Shown piece after piece: positions 63,793-64,000 of a stretch of DNA of 64,000 bases. The translations under genes and the position numbers were made by a program. The notes beneath the pieces are model-generated. The model was not told the origin of the DNA and searched no databases. It saw only the letters and a program-made list of their open reading frames with translations. Position 1 is the first letter of the stretch. Each line of letters starts with the position of its first letter. Source of the DNA: Hemiscyllium ocellatum (lineage: Eukaryota); NCBI RefSeq assembly GCF_020745735.1, contig NC_083413.1:74400001-74464000 (forward strand), read 5' to 3'.

Positions 63793-64000
63793 CAGAATCC
63801 CTACAGTGCAAGAAGAGTCTATTTGGCCCATCAGATCTGCACCAACTTTTCAAAGACCACCCCGCCCATACTGAGCCACTTACCCTATCCTATCCCTGTA
63901 ACCCCATACCTCCCATGGCTAATCCTCCTAACATGCACATCCCTGGACACAACGGGCATTTTAGCATGGCCAATCCACCTCACCTGCACATTGGACTGTG
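63793..64000 (-). mobile_element. HE1/V-SINE-like SINE 3' part, truncated by the window edge
   Basis: TTTAGCATGGCCAATCCACCT..CCTGCACA matches the SINE core. Confidence 0.75.

Noticed and set aside
49130-64000. Search for KLHL6 or other coding exons upstream of KLHL24
   Set aside because: No BTB, Kelch or other recognisable coding exon was found; the ORFs here are CR1, SINE or random.

Overview
Vertebrate genomic DNA, very probably from a shark. This is inferred from HE1/V-SINE-like, CR1, Rex1 and Penelope-derived repeats of the elasmobranch type. The window holds one complete protein-coding gene, KLHL24, on the minus strand: six coding exons between 43901 and 26002, all GT-AG introns, 1800 nt, 599 aa. 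Its probable promoter is a CpG-rich region at ~47.7-49.1 kb, and it may have a long 3' UTR. A second CpG island at ~1.27-1.59 kb has a strong minus-strand splice donor and is probably the first exon of the next gene (YEATS2 by human synteny, unverified). The rest is mostly decayed retroelements. The most notable observations are: (1) three families of short hairpin-shaped, TSD-flanked Penelope-derived inserts carrying hammerhead-ribozyme cores with covarying stems, one nearly intact at 27369-27408; (2) a perfect 142-bp inverted duplication with junction microhomology just upstream of the KLHL24 promoter; (3) a promoter cassette with paired ZNF143/THAP11 motifs, an ATF4-C/EBP element and a forkhead cluster; (4) a fossil copia-order LTR retrotransposon; (5) Val instead of the disease-relevant human Met29 in KLHL24. 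I see no evidence for a wholly new gene system. Repeat boundaries are read by eye and are approximate.
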